In this document: in pieces, positions 12,789-26,850 of the stretch
Layout: each line of letters begins with the position of its first letter
Numbering within the stretch: the stretch's first letter is position 1
Assembly (NCBI RefSeq): GCF_006345805.1
Contig: NC_043003.1
Location: 29,016,001-29,080,000, forward strand
Source of the DNA: Octopus sinensis
Lineage: Eukaryota
Length of the DNA stretch: 64,000 nucleotides
Direction of reading: 5' to 3'
Made by a program: the position numbers and the translations under genes
Notes under the pieces: model-generated
Database searches by the model: none
Seen by the model: the letters and a program-made list of their open reading frames with translations, nothing else
Told to the model about the DNA's origin: nothing

Positions 12789-14058
12789 GATAGATATCGA
12801 TAGATAGATAGATATTATTTATGATAATTTTCTGACATGCTCAGAAGACCATATATATTTTAAGGAAAGCACTTTAATTTAATGGTAACTACATTATTGA
12901 TCACGGAAGAGTACCACTATTAACAATAGCCACAGCTACTACAGCTAACACCTTTCATTCATTTGCCATCAGCAATGGAATACTTTATTCAAAATCTATA
13001 CAAATATACAATGATAGTAGTGTTGTCATTTAAGAAGTCAATGAAATAAATACCAGTTGAATAATGAGGTTGATATAATCGACTAACCCCACCCCTCAAA
13101 ATTTCAGGCATTGTACCTATTGTAGAAAGAATTATTATTATTATTATTATTATTAAACTTGATATTTATATGAGTGAATTGTATTGAATCGTATTTGATT
13201 ATATATAATTTGTTCACTGCATTGTGTTTTGGTCTTGGCTTAATTAATCAGACTTTGGTTAATTGAGCAACAGATTTTGGTTAAATAGGGCACCAGACTC
13301 TAGTTATATAGGGCACCAGATTTTGGTAAATAGAATATAAGGGCTTTCAGCTATATTTAAACACATGGTACAGATCTAACTGCTGCCTTTCTGCAACGGT
13401 TTAACTGCTGGTGTGCTCTTGTGCTTAGAGAAATATGACCGTTTCTATCAGGAACTCCACAAGAACCAAACTGACTCACATGCTTATGCACACATACACA
13501 TACTTACACACACACACACACACACACATACGAGAAGAAAGGCATTCAGATCAAAGAATATTCTAATGCACTTTATTCACTACTGTAGTTAATGTTGCCT
13601 TTCTTTGGCCCAAGGTAAAAGCACTTCTCTTGAAAACCTACAATCAAATGCTGTCCATATTCCATTCATTGCTCAATATGTCCTTCCTTTTTAATTGACT
13701 GCAAAGAGTAATGTCAAAGTGCTATCGCTGCTATTTCTAGCAGGTCTTATTGTCAGACCAAGGTTGCCCTTCTTATCTATTATATTAACTCGTGATAATC
13801 TCTGATTCATTAACTATTGCTCATTCTTAATCTTTGTTATCATAAGGGGATTAAACTAGATTATTTTAAATACAATAGTCATATAATTTAGGCTTATGTA
13901 ATAGAGGTTGTGACATTTTGTTGTCATAATTGTCAAATGATGAAAAAATTACACACCTTACCATTTAGGCCCCAAACATAACATAAGATTTATTTTTTCC
14001 TATGTTCTAGTGTGTATGTATACACACATACATATAACATAAATTATATATAATGTGT

Positions 14059-14095
<37 letters not shown>

Positions 14096-14586
14096 GACAG
14101 ATAGATGGATAGATAGATAGATAGATAGGTAGATAGACATTACACATAGTAATCTTCTACCATATATAGACTATGTTTGATTTTGCTCTGTTGTAGGTGA
14201 ATGTGTACATGAATCAACTTCCTAGTCCCCTCAGAACTCTACCCATTAAGCAATCTACCCACATTCCTCACAGCCTACCCACTCACTAGCATGTTACCCA
14301 CCTATCTTACTATTTACTAATCTACTCAAGCTAAATATTTTATTCGCCCTCCCCACCCCATTTTTCTGATTGTCTTTGTGACTGCTTATCTAGCAATCTG
14401 TCTCTTTCACTCTCTCTTCATATATATATATATATATATACATACATGTATGTAGCTGTATGTATTTCTGTCTTTGTATTTGTCTATCTAGCTTGTCCAT
14501 ATGTCTATATTATGCTATTCTGAGACGGATGTACTTATGTAAAAAAAAAAAAGGAAAGGCTTCATACTTGGGTACCATCAAATACT

Positions 14587-14621
<35 letters not shown>

Positions 14622-14672
14622 AACAAAGAAAGAGCAGATTGTGCTCTTCCACCAGACTCTCTCCATATCTTC

Positions 14673-14703
<31 letters not shown>

Positions 14704-16136
14704 AACTCCTCTACTTCCCCTCCCTTTCTACTCACCTTCCTCAATACACCAGTCACATGTTAATAGAACAAGGTAGCGCTTTCTTTGATTATTATATTGC
14801 TGCCAGTATTATTCCCATGCCAACTATCATAGGAATAAAGTAGCAGACAATCCAAGACTAGAAAGACAATTAAAAACCATATCTAACCCTAACAACTGGC
14901 AAATCTACTCCCTTTATTCTTATCTATATATCTATATATCTGTATGTATGTATCTATCTATATACATACAATATATATAAATATATATATCTATATACAT
15001 ACAGTATATATAAATATATATATATATATATATAAGGTATACATGATAACATTTCAATTGTATATTCTATCGGTTTTCTTTTTAAAGGTGTCCTATTTCA
15101 GTTGAGACATATCGAGGAATGGCCGAGAATAAATAGAATTCAAGGCTAAAAATAGGAAGACACCTGACTAGAATACAAATCTGGTGTAATTTATGCATTT
15201 ATTGTAGTTTGAAGGAATTTTTACTGCTTTATAAAACTATATAAATAAATTTATCGATTCTTGCCATTCTTCTTGCAATACATTTATAATTAATTCTATC
15301 TTTTATCGTGCATTTGCATATCAACTTATACACACACACACACACACACACACAGACGTATGCATACCTTGATCTATCGGCATCTATTTATAGCTTTCAA
15401 TATAGGTTTATCGATTGATTTCCCCCACCCCACCTCACTCATGATATACACACACACACACACACATTTCTGCACATATACACACACACACTCATAGACA
15501 TTTTATTTTACTCACTTACATATCTACATTCAAGCTTCTCCAAATATATGCATAGATATATCTATCTTTCTCTTTATATATATGTGTATATATATGTGCA
15601 TACATATGTGTGTATGCATATATATATATATATGTTTGCTTAGTGTCTCTGTCTCATTACACATGCATATACATGCACGCACACATGTGCATATATGCAT
15701 GTCTCTACATGTGCCTATCTAATTAACTATACACATTACATATACACATGTGCAGTTGAGTGCATTCCATGTGTGCATTCATTTAATGTTTTGCCTACCA
15801 TGAGTTACAGACTGCTTGCATATCTGTGCACTGTGCAACAGTGTAAATGCAACCAGCTAGACATAATTATGTGCAGCCAGGCGTTCGTTTGTGTATTTCC
15901 TTAGAAATTCTGCCTCCCCTTTCTCCGTCTTTTTCACACGTGTGTGTGTTTATACATATAGATGTGCATAATAGCACAGCATTACAGACATTATTGAAAG
16001 CAATCATAGTGTATAGCCTTATGGCTAAACAACAGCTAATACATAATTATATATTGCTAATAATTTTTTTTGTAGACCATAATGCTAAACTAAAGAGCAA
16101 TCCACAGAATGAATAACTCTTTGCATACATACATAC

Positions 16137-16180
<44 letters not shown>

Positions 16181-16206
16181 TATACATATTTCTACTATAT
16201 ATGTAT

Positions 16207-16242
<36 letters not shown>

Positions 16243-16935
16243 CACATGTATATTTATGATTGTAAGTTATAAGAATTCCTTTTCTGGCAGCAGCTAGGTT
16301 TCACTCATTTCAACCCTGTATTGAGTTCTCTGTTTTACATATTATATATATATATAGGCACACACACACATATATATATATATTACATATATATATTGTC
16401 ATGTAACGGTTGTGATTGTTATCATTATTATTGGCTTGTAGCGACCTTCAGTGATACAAGAGTAAAATGTCCACCGAATAGAATCCATTATTCGGTTTCA
16501 CATGCTGCACTTAATGCTCTTGGGAGAGGCATGAACATCACATTTCTACTCCCTCTTTATTTTCCATGCCTTTGTGCCTAGTTAAGAAAACGATAATATT
16601 TTTTCGTTATTTGTTGTTCATGTTAATCGTCATCATCATCATCATCATCATCATCATTATTATTATTATCATTATTTTTTTTTTTTCTAGAAAACAAACA
16701 CATAAGAAACAAAAAAATCATAACGTATGGCAATACGTTATGAAGGGCCGAATATATTATCCAACTGTGATCTCAAAGTGAATGCTACATGTGTGTATGT
16801 GTGTGTGTGTTGTGCTCTTTACATGTGTGCACATGAACTGTGCATGCTCATGTGTACATTAGCAACATGGATGTTTCAATTCATATCACTATATTGCCAT
16901 TTGGAACACACATATACCGAAGCATGCTAAATCTC

Positions 16936-16983
<48 letters not shown>

Positions 16984-17879
16984 TTACAACATTTATATAT
17001 TTATGTACATATGTCTAAAATTGCAAGCACAGTATTATATGCAAACATCTGAGTCGTGCTTTCCATGAAATGTATATTTTAATGTCTATATATGTATAGA
17101 CATTACATATGTATATATACATATGTGTGTAATATATATATATATATATTTGTAAGTTGACATGTTTACATTAACAACATTGTGTCATCATTGTAGCATT
17201 TCATTCATTTTGCTTGTTAAAACATCATAGATCAACATCATCTCTCTCATCAACATACCATTATATATAAAACCTCATTGTCATTATTATTATTATTACT
17301 GTTATCATCATCCTCATTTTCACCATCACTATTATCAACATCATTACTATTAAGAATATCATTCCCATATTTTTTAAAATTTGATTCCTTCTCGAAGCTG
17401 ATTTCATTATCATTGATATTATTATCATTATTATTAAAAATGTTATTTTTATTTCTCATTATTTTGATGACTAATGGTGATGCTGATATCTAGGCTGAAC
17501 CTATTGTCACACCGAGAAGATCATTTATTACAGAAAACAAAAAAAAATCATTAAAAATATTTATGGAAAAAAATAAAATTTCTGAATTTTAAACTAATCT
17601 ATGTGTTGTTTCCTTATTGTATGTCAATGGTATAGATCTGTGTGTTTGATGGTTTGTTTGTTGCATGGTGTAGTATGTGGTTTATTCTTGGATGGCTTAT
17701 GGAAATGTGTGGATGGTGGTTTCTTTAATGATTGAAGATTCATCAGGTGCTACTGCTGTTACATAAAAAAGTGGCTTAGTTGTCGCTTACAAGTAAGTAT
17801 TATGTATGTATACCCTGGTAGCTTGTACACGCTATTGCTAATTGTTTTAGTTACCAACAGGGTATGCCATCTTTTTTTA

Positions 17880-18113
17880 CTTGTTTCTCTCAGTGGAGAC
17901 TGTGGTCATGCTGGGGCACCGCCTCAAAGGGTTATGTTGTCGAACGAATCAACCCCCATTGCTTATATTTAAAAGCCTGATACTTATTCTATCTGTCACT
18001 AAATCTGAGCAGCTAAGTTTTGAGGATGTATACAAACCAACAACGATTTTCAAGTGGTGGAGAGAACAAGCACAAAGAGATGGATATTTATGTGTATGTG
18101 TGTGCGCCCGCAC

Positions 18114-18157
<44 letters not shown>

Positions 18158-18270
18158 TGATAGGCTTCTTTCAGTTTCCATCAACTAAATACACTCATAA
18201 GGCTTCGATTAGCCTGAGGCTATTCTGTTGTAAAAGACACTTGCCCAAGATGCTACAAGAACAAAATTTT
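17880..18270 (-). mobile_element. Degenerate SINE family A
   Basis: gactgtggtcatgctggggcaccgcc … tttcagtttccatc … gacacttgcccaag match family A in reverse. Confidence 0.75.
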
Positions 18271-21032
18271 AATTTCAAGAGAACAAAAATATGTGCTAGA
18301 GAAAAAAAAAACATAATTTTGTAGAATTTGGTACATGTATTCTTACATACGCATAGCAAAAGGCTATTCTGTCTCGATTACTGCCTTGATACGCTTTCTG
18401 AAACGACCAAGTGATCTTTATTCGTGTTGGCCATATCATCCCTAATATCAGACATCAACGGGTGTATTTAGTCACAATCATACATAGACACCCTCTCAGT
18501 CCTGCTACTCTTGATCCAGAAAAACATCGAAGATGGAACAGCGGAAGGAGAGAAAGAGGTAAACAGGTGAAGCACCAATAGTCGACTAAACCGGGGCAAC
18601 GCAGAAATGATGTGCTTTGCTCAAGGTCATAATGTGTCACCTAGTACAAATATCAATCATGATCACAACAACGTAACCACTTGGCTAAGCGCCTTCACTC
18701 ATACAAATATATAAGACCCAATGGGAAGTCGTCTAAATGATTAGGTAAGACACCCTCAGCTGCACACTACTACTGCTGGCATACAGGCACGTTATAGTTC
18801 TTCGTCCTGTCCCTTCTAACACTTATACAACCAGTTATTCACTTTTGAATTAATGCGATTTATATAACTCTCACCTAGGTTTATTCAAAGCAACGGCCAC
18901 GCTATCTCTCATCATATTTTTTCAAAATTTCCTAATATTGCACTAAATATTTTCCCAATCGTTCTCCACTAGAACTGTCTCCTGATGAAATTCACCCCTT
19001 ATCCACAAGGCAGTAATATACAGAAGTTCAATCTGATTAACCAATACCTTTAAGAGATAGATATTCACAGATCCTCGAAAAGCGAAAGAAGTGCCCTTGA
19101 ATATTTGCTGGGTCCCTACCTAAAGAAATATTTTTGAAAAGCCCTACATAAACACAGAGCTTCTCACAATTTTGAGAGACTTCTCTCTCTCCCCTATCTC
19201 TCTCCCTCTATCTCTCTATCTCTCTCTCTCTCTCTCCCTCTCTCTCTCTCTCTCTTTCTTTCTCTCTGGGACCAACGACAGTCTTCTTCTGCCTTACCAA
19301 ATTTATCTCAGGTTCCCTATCGGTAGCAACCCCATCAACATTGCCAACTGAAACAATCTACAAAACATAAGGTCAGTTTTGATTTTTCCCACGATTAAAG
19401 TAATGACCTCTAACAAAGATGCAATGCCATATATCTGAGGCAAGAAGAGATGTATATTCGACTTAATCGACCCCAGTATATGACTGATACTTATTTCGGC
19501 GATCCCAGGAGAAATAACAGTCCTACGAAGGAATCTTTACGAGGTTACACGACTTGCTAGAAACAACAGCAAAATTTCCATCACATTATACGCTACCGTC
19601 TAAAACCGGCAGGAGTAAATTATAGGTAATGAATTCATAGTCATACTATGTTTAAACAGAAAGAAAGACAGGAGCGTCACTGCTGCTCCATTGAATTTAA
19701 CCTGGGACTAGACAACATAAACGACAAGTGTAGCTGCAGACCTTAACATTGAAAATTAAGAAACGAAACAAAATATCACAAGGTATATTGTCCGTTGCTC
19801 CGCAGATTCTTCTAATTCATCTCCCGCGCACACACTTTTCAGATTAAACTATATGGTATAAAAATAACCCAAATGAAAGCAGAAATAAAGGGTTTGAGTC
19901 TTAAATCGAACATTTCCTTGAGAACAAAATGAAGTTGGTTTCAATGAACTAAATTTCTTCATTTATAAACGGGATGTCCACATATGGAGTCTTTGGTCGT
20001 AGGTCTGCTCGATCAGGCTTCACATGGGGCTAAACAAGCGACAGCAGCAACAGCCGTTCAAGAATTTGGACCTGGAGATCTCCATTTCCAGCGACTTCGA
20101 GGGCCACCTCCCAGTGGTGTCGGGCGTCAACGAAGAGCCCTCGACTACAACAAGACGACCAAAGTTTTTTTTTTTCCAAGGTCTGAGGTCTCCCGCCCCT
20201 AAGCCCTAGACCATCACCTAATCACCCTTACCCGTCTTGTTGCTTAACAACAACAACAACAACAACAGCAGCAGCAGCAGCAGCAGCAACAATTATAACG
20301 ACAACAGCGACACCAACGACGATGATGGCAGCAATAGCGACTACAGTAATAACGACAGCAATAACAACAGCATCGGCAACAACGAAAACTGCAATGACCT
20401 CAACAACAGCAATATACCCGGCACCAGCGTTGGATTAACGATTAAGCACGTAGTTGGAGCATCAAGGCAAGACAAGCATCACAGAAATGGTACATGGTTT
20501 ACCACACAAAAGAAATCACTTTGAACTTGCTAAAATAATATTCGAGATGCCTTATCTCAAATAAGTATAGACGCAGAAGATTTGTAACGTAAGGTTAATT
20601 TTGAGAATCTAGTCAAAGACTTCACGATTTAAAAAAATTGTTGGAGAAAGCTTTTGAAATATAAATAAAGCGGAACTATACAAAATAGATATTATTTTCC
20701 ATGTTATTGTTTGTTTTGCTTCGTTTTGAAAACTAAAAATTTATTTTGTTTTATTATTGTTTATATTTTGAAATACATATATATGGGGACACAAAAATCT
20801 TTTAAATACTTAGGGCCTCTGCGAGTCTTAATCCAGCCCTGTCCTGCAACACCCTACCAGTTAAAATTCCTCACAACCAATATTCCATCTGAATTTCTTG
20901 TCGAGGTTTTTCACAGAAGCTTGTATTGTAAGCGAATTTTATGTCTATTGAAAGTAAGTGCACACTCATCAGGGCCGAAATTATGACCCATAAGTGCTTA
21001 AAAGATTTTGGTGCCCATCTATTCTTTTATTT

Positions 21033-21385
21033 GTTTCAGTCATTTGACTGCGGTCATGCTGGAGCAGCGCCTTTAGTCTAGCAAATCAACCCCAGAATTT
21101 ATTCTAGCAAATCAACCCCGAACCGCTAGATTACGGGGACGTAAACACACCAGCAGCGGTTGTCAAGCGATGCTGCGGGGGACAAACACAGACACACAAA
21201 CTACACTCACACACACACATACACATATGACGGGATTCTTTCAGTTTCCGTCTACCAAATCCACTCACAAGGCTTTGGTCAGCCCGGGGCTTTAGTAGAA
21301 GACACTTACCCAAAGTGTCAGGCAGTGGGACTGAATCCAGAACCATGTGGTTGGTAAGCAAGCTACTTAACACACAGCCACTCCT
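21033..21385 (-). mobile_element. Near full-length SINE family A
   Basis: Reverse match to 62639-63070 including the tRNA head (accacacagccactcctg equivalent). Confidence 0.9.
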
Positions 21386-21570
21386 GATATATATATATAT
21401 TTTCTTATATACATTACAATCCACCACGTGGGGACAACCGAAATTCCTCTTTTCTGTTACTACTACTATATATATATATATATATATATTCATTCAAAAT
21501 GTGACCGCATGTGTACCGTTGGCGATTTTTTTCCTCTGTCTTCCCTTCTCTGGATCTTTCCTTCTCCTAT

Positions 21571-21605
21571 GTTTCCGACGAAGAGCTCCGCTCGAAACGT
21601 TAAAC
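21571..21605 (+). ncRNA. Minimal type I hammerhead-like motif (variant core CCGACGA)
   Basis: GUUU-CCGACGA-A-GAGC ucc GCUC-GAAA-CG-UU-AAAC. Stem I is GUUU/AAAC, stem II is GAGC/GCUC, and stem III is the palindrome AACGUU. Lies in a ~200-bp element between (TA)n runs. Confidence 0.5.
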
Positions 21606-22557
21606 CTGAGCGTCCAATAATACTATATTTGTTCCACGTCCTCGCGTTGTTGTGTTTTTTTTGTGCTTTCTTGTTTGGATTAACTATATATATATATGCA
21701 TACATATATGTACGTATCTTCATTTCTTACTTTCTTTTCTTCGTTGCAAAACATATGTAGGCGCACACAAGCGCACGGCTTAGAGCAAACAGCGCTCCGA
21801 ACTGTTCCACACATGAATGAGGAAAGCAACAGGAATTTTTTCACAAGCATCATAAATGCCATAGTGGAATGAGTTCCCCCATGAGACAGAATAATGTTTA
21901 TTTTTGTAGGATTCAACAATGGCATCACAATCACCGATGGAGACACTACAGTACAATACATTCAGAAATACCACAACCACCAATATATCGCGCCTATAGT
22001 GCATATATTCAGTAATATCACACAATTAACAACATATGGCAATGCGGTTCATTTATTGAACAAAATACAGATGCGCCCCACAAAACCATATTCCATAAGG
22101 AAACATAAAAAATACTGCGTAAATATCACTTTATAAACTACCAAACCGTGAGAGAGAGGGTGGGAGATAGAGAGAGAAAGACAGACAGACAGACAAATTA
22201 TACTCAAATTCAGCACAGCAATACCCAACACACACACACACACACACAATCAGAAGAATGTAACTCTGTATCAGGCAATCAAAGAGGGGGTGGGGAATAA
22301 TAAACCATAAGAGAAATCGGCATACATTTGTATTCCACATAAAGCATAAAACTAACATTAAAAAACACTATGTATGCATACCTCTACTTACGTTGTTTCG
22401 AGTTACGTCTTTTTCCACTTTACGTAGTTTTTAAGAAATTAGTGGAAAGAAAAATAAATAAATAAATATCAACTTCAGTTGATTTTTCCGAGCGAACAAA
22501 TTCAAAAGTGTAAAAGTTAAAAAAAAACCACCTAATAGCCAATACTGAAGAGAAACA

Positions 22558-23745
22558 TTTGATCAATAAGTATCCGGAATGTTGCCATAGTAACGAAGCT
22601 AAAGCAAGCAGAGTGAAGACACTTAACACAGAGTGATCTTGAATGTTGCTGTGTATGCGCACTAAGTTTTAACGTTCTAGCTCACTTCTTTTGTTTACAG
22701 TAATGCTTGGAAGGAACGTGTGTAGCGTGTGAACATTGCATTGATTTTTATAAAGAGGAAAAAGTCGCAAGAGATATGGGGAATACGGTGGCTGTCAGAC
22801 CTGGGGAATGCTGTGCCTAGCCAAAAACTGCTGCACAAGCTGTGCTGAATGGGCATGTTCATTGTTATCGTGCAATTTCCACTCACCGGACGTATGCAGT
22901 TGTGGCCTTCTTCGACGAATAGCACCCCTCAAACGCCGCAAAACGTCACGGTAGTACTCCTTGTTTATTGTCTGACCACGTGGAGCATACTCATGATGAA
23001 CAATCCCTTTGTAGTCGAAGAAAACGATCAACAGTGTCTTCACATTGCATCGACTCATTCGTGCTTTCTTCGGTCTCGGTGAGGTTGGTGTCTTCCACTG
23101 CGAAGACTAAGCCTCTGTTTCGGGGTCATAGCTATAGGACCCACGATTCATCACCCGTTATGACCTTTTTCAAAAAGTTTTCCATCGTTCTCGACACAAA
23201 GAGATCTTATGCAACTGAAACACGCGAGTCATTTTGGTTAGCTGAAAGCAGTTTTGCCACAATCTTGCTATACTGAACTGAACCGTAACTAATCTACACA
23301 TCCTTTGATAACCCATGAATGGTAATTCGACGATTTCCCCTCACAGCTGCACGCACATCTGCGATATTTTTCTCAGTTATGCTGGTTACAGGTCTCCCAG
23401 AACGTTCGTCACTATCGACATTTTTCGGCCATCTTGGAAACGTCTAAAGCACTCATACACTCCTCTCCATACACTTTCTGCAGGCATCGCCAAACTTTTG
23501 GCAAAATTTGATGCAAGTTCTCTACTCAACTTCCTTTGTCATGGTCAGTGCAACGATCACACACTACACACGTTTCTTCCAAGCACTGCTGAAAACAGTG
23601 GAAGTGAGCTAGAACGTTCAAACTTAGTGCACTTGCACAGCAGAGATTAAGGTCAATGGTCAATCTGTGCCATGTGTCTTCACTCTGAATGCTTTAGCTT
23701 CGTTACTATGGCAATAGTCCGGATATTTATTGATCAAACCACGCA
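22558..23745 (-). mobile_element. Mariner (DD34D-type) DNA transposon with decayed transposase and ~80-bp imperfect inverted ends
   Basis: Minus-strand MTKEVE*RTCIKFCQKFG (start ~23542), VKTLLIVFFDYKGIVHHEYAPRGQTINKEYY, LHDNNEHAHS, PPYSP…CDFFLF. Inverted repeats at 22558-22636 and 23661-23738. Confidence 0.9.
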
Positions 23746-23799
23746 TGCGAAAATATGTATAAATTATTTATTCAAACAGATATAACCTAATAGATTACC

Positions 23800-24420
23800 A
23801 CTACAATTACCAACACCACTACCACTACAACCACCACTACTACCACTACCAGTAATACTACTAGTAGTATATTTGACTAAAGTACAGTAAAGAAACAGTG
23901 ACTATTACACTCACCACCAAAAACAACACTATCAACACCACAAATACACCATAGTACACTTACAGTAAACTACATAAAACCAGTACTACAACAACCATCA
24001 CCATTACCACAACCAATACCACCACAACCATCTACATCATCACAACTACCACCACGACCACAACTAACACCACCACAACAATCACCACCGCAACCACCAC
24101 CACCACAATCATCACCACCACCACCAAAACTACCACTGCCACAACCACCACAACCACAATCACCACAACCATCGCCACCACAACCAACGCCACCACAAAC
24201 ACCACCGCCACCACAACCACCACAACCATCACTGCCATAACCACCACTACCACAACCATCACCTCCACAACCACTACTACCACCTAAACAACCACCACCA
24301 CAACCACCACCGCCACAACCACTACCGCCACAAATATCACAACCACCATCACCACATCCATCACCGCCACCACTACAACCATCACCGCTACCACCACTGT
24401 GAATGCCATCACCATCATCG
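23800..24420. repeat. Degenerate (ACC/ACA)n low-complexity tract
   Basis: Directly visible. Confidence 0.9.
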
Positions 24421-24949
24421 CCTTACACTGACACTGCATTAAAAGTACACATCACAATCAGCCTCACCAATACCAATGCAGGACAGCACACTACACACAA
24501 ACTACTGCCAACACCACTTCACTATACACTACGCCACACTAAAGTACAAACCATGACACCACTACAGCCACTACCACCGCCACAGTATAGTCCAGTACAG
24601 TCTGAACAAATGTAGGTCAATGTCGGTGAAATCATTAGGTTATCGATTTTTTACTCTCTGTTTCAATAGTTTAGTGATTGAAATGTAACTTCAAAGGAGA
24701 TGTTGTGATGGTCATGCCTGCAACAATCATTGATTCTGTAATGCCCATTCCTTTTCTTTCTTTCTCTCTCCCTCCCTCTCTCTCCTTTCCTCTCTCGCCC
24801 TCTCTCCCTCTCTCTCTCCCTCTCTCTCCCTCTCTTTTCTCTCTCTCTCTCTCTTTCTCTCACTCTCGCTCTTTACGTCGTGGCTAGCTACCAAAGCTGT
24901 GACGTCTTATAAATTTGAAATCGTGTACATGCTTCTCCCAGTGTTGATC

Positions 24950-25330
24950 AACAGCATCATCATCGTCGTCATTCCCCTCCTCCTCTTACTTATCAGCATC
25001 ATCAGCATCATCATCATTATCATCCTCCTCCTCCTCCTCCTCATCATCATCATCATCATCATCGTGTCGCCGTCATTATCATCTTCATTTTTCTTCGTCT
25101 TATTTTTATTCATCATCATCATCATCATTTTCCTCTTTGTCGTCGTCATCGACACCGACTTCGTCTTCTTCAACTTCTTCGTCTTCATCTTCATCTTCAT
25201 CATCACTATCATCATCATCTTCGCCTTCTCCTTCTTCCACTTATTCTTTTCCTCCTCCTTCATCTTTGCCTTCTTCATCTTCGCCTTCTTCGTTTTCATC
25301 TTCAGCTTCTTCGCAACATCTCTCACACCA
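24950..25330. repeat. (CAT/CTT)n trinucleotide low-complexity tract
   Basis: Directly visible. Confidence 0.9.
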
Positions 25331-25611
25331 CTGCTCTGCCTCCCTCCATCCCTTTCTTATTAAAATCTTTTCTTCCGCTTACTTCTCCTCTCGCTTCTGT
25401 GATTTTCCTTCATTTTTTCCTCTTTCCTTTGTCCTCTATCATAATTTGCATAATTTGCACAGATTTCTCGCCCTATCTCCTTCCCTTCCACCCTCCACAC
25501 ACACACACACACACTATTATTCCATTACACAATCAATCAGCATTCCAATACGCAACCGCCTCCCGCCATCTCTCTATTTCTGTATGTCTTTCGATTCGGC
25601 TCTCGTTCTTT

Positions 25612-25671
25612 TTGGCTGGCTGGATGGCTGGATGGCTGGATGGCTGGATGGATGGCTGGCTGGCTGGTTGT

Positions 25672-25705
<34 letters not shown>

Positions 25706-25725
25706 AGCTGGCTGGCTGGATCGTT
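25612..25725. repeat. (GGCT/GGAT)n tetranucleotide repeat
   Basis: Directly visible. Confidence 0.95.
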
Positions 25726-26177
25726 GGCTGGGTGTCTGACCGTCGAGTGGCGAGCTGGCTGCCTGACTTGGTCGTCTGGCTTCCACGTTGGCCGTCTGTC
25801 TGATAATTAAAGTTCTCTTCAACTTTCACTTTCACTTCAGATTGCATCCTTTACGTTGCTTGTATGGATTAGCTTTGCAATTCTTCCTTTATATTTTCCT
25901 GCTAATCTTATAACCATCCTCCCAGTCTCTCTTCCTCCTTCTCTCCCTCTCCCTCTCCTCCTCGCAATTTCTCATTCCTTGGTGGTATTTTCTTTCTTGC
26001 CTTAATGTCTTCAGCTATTATTTTGCTCACTTGAAATTTTAATATCTGTGCTTCTCTTTCCCTCTCCCGCTTTCTTTCCATTCTTTCCAGCACAATTGGT
26101 ATTTCTCTGCTGCCGGTGCTGCTGCAGCCGCTGCTGATGTTGCTGCTATTGCTGTCGTTGCTATTGCTACTGCTGCT

Positions 26178-26208
<31 letters not shown>

Positions 26209-26445
26209 ATGATAATAATAATCATTATCATCAGGATCAAGAAGACGATGAAGGAATACCCTGATCCTATGTTTAAATAGAAATCCGACACATAAAAATA
26301 TACACACACACACAAATACACATATATGTACAAACATGTGCATATATATACACACACATACAAACACACACACACACATATGTACAAGCATGTGCATATA
26401 CATATATATATATACACACATACATACATCATATATATGTATATA

Positions 26446-26496
<51 letters not shown>

Positions 26497-26501
26497 CATA
26501 T

Positions 26502-26533
<32 letters not shown>

Positions 26534-26540
26534 CATATAT

Positions 26541-26616
<76 letters not shown>

Positions 26617-26617
26617 C

Positions 26618-26650
<33 letters not shown>

Positions 26651-26689
26651 ATGCAGCGTTGAGAAGTATCATGCAACAGGAAGAACAAT

Positions 26690-26850
26690 AGAGTATTTCT
26701 TCTTCTTCTTCTTCTTCTTCTTCTCCTTCTTCTCATCCGCCTCCTCCTCCTCCTCCTCCTCCTTCTTCTTCTTCTTCTTCTTCTTCTTCTTCTTCTTCTT
26801 CTTCTTCTCTTCTTCTTCTTCTTCTTCTTCTTCCTCATCTTCTGCTTCTT
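26690..26850. repeat. (CTT/CCT)n tract
   Basis: Directly visible. Confidence 0.95.

Noticed and set aside
17700-17800. Minus-strand CUGAUGA…GAAA, and a possible 46-nt exon with GTAAGT donor
   Set aside because: No stem II or III pairing. The exon has no recognisable coding partner, so it is unsupported without RNA data.
19984-20209. GC-richer island with short ORFs
   Set aside because: No recognisable domain in any frame; probably a retroelement scrap.
21894-22136. 80-aa ORF with a plausible acceptor (ttttgtag) at ~21910
   Set aside because: No homology recognised and no donor or partner exon.
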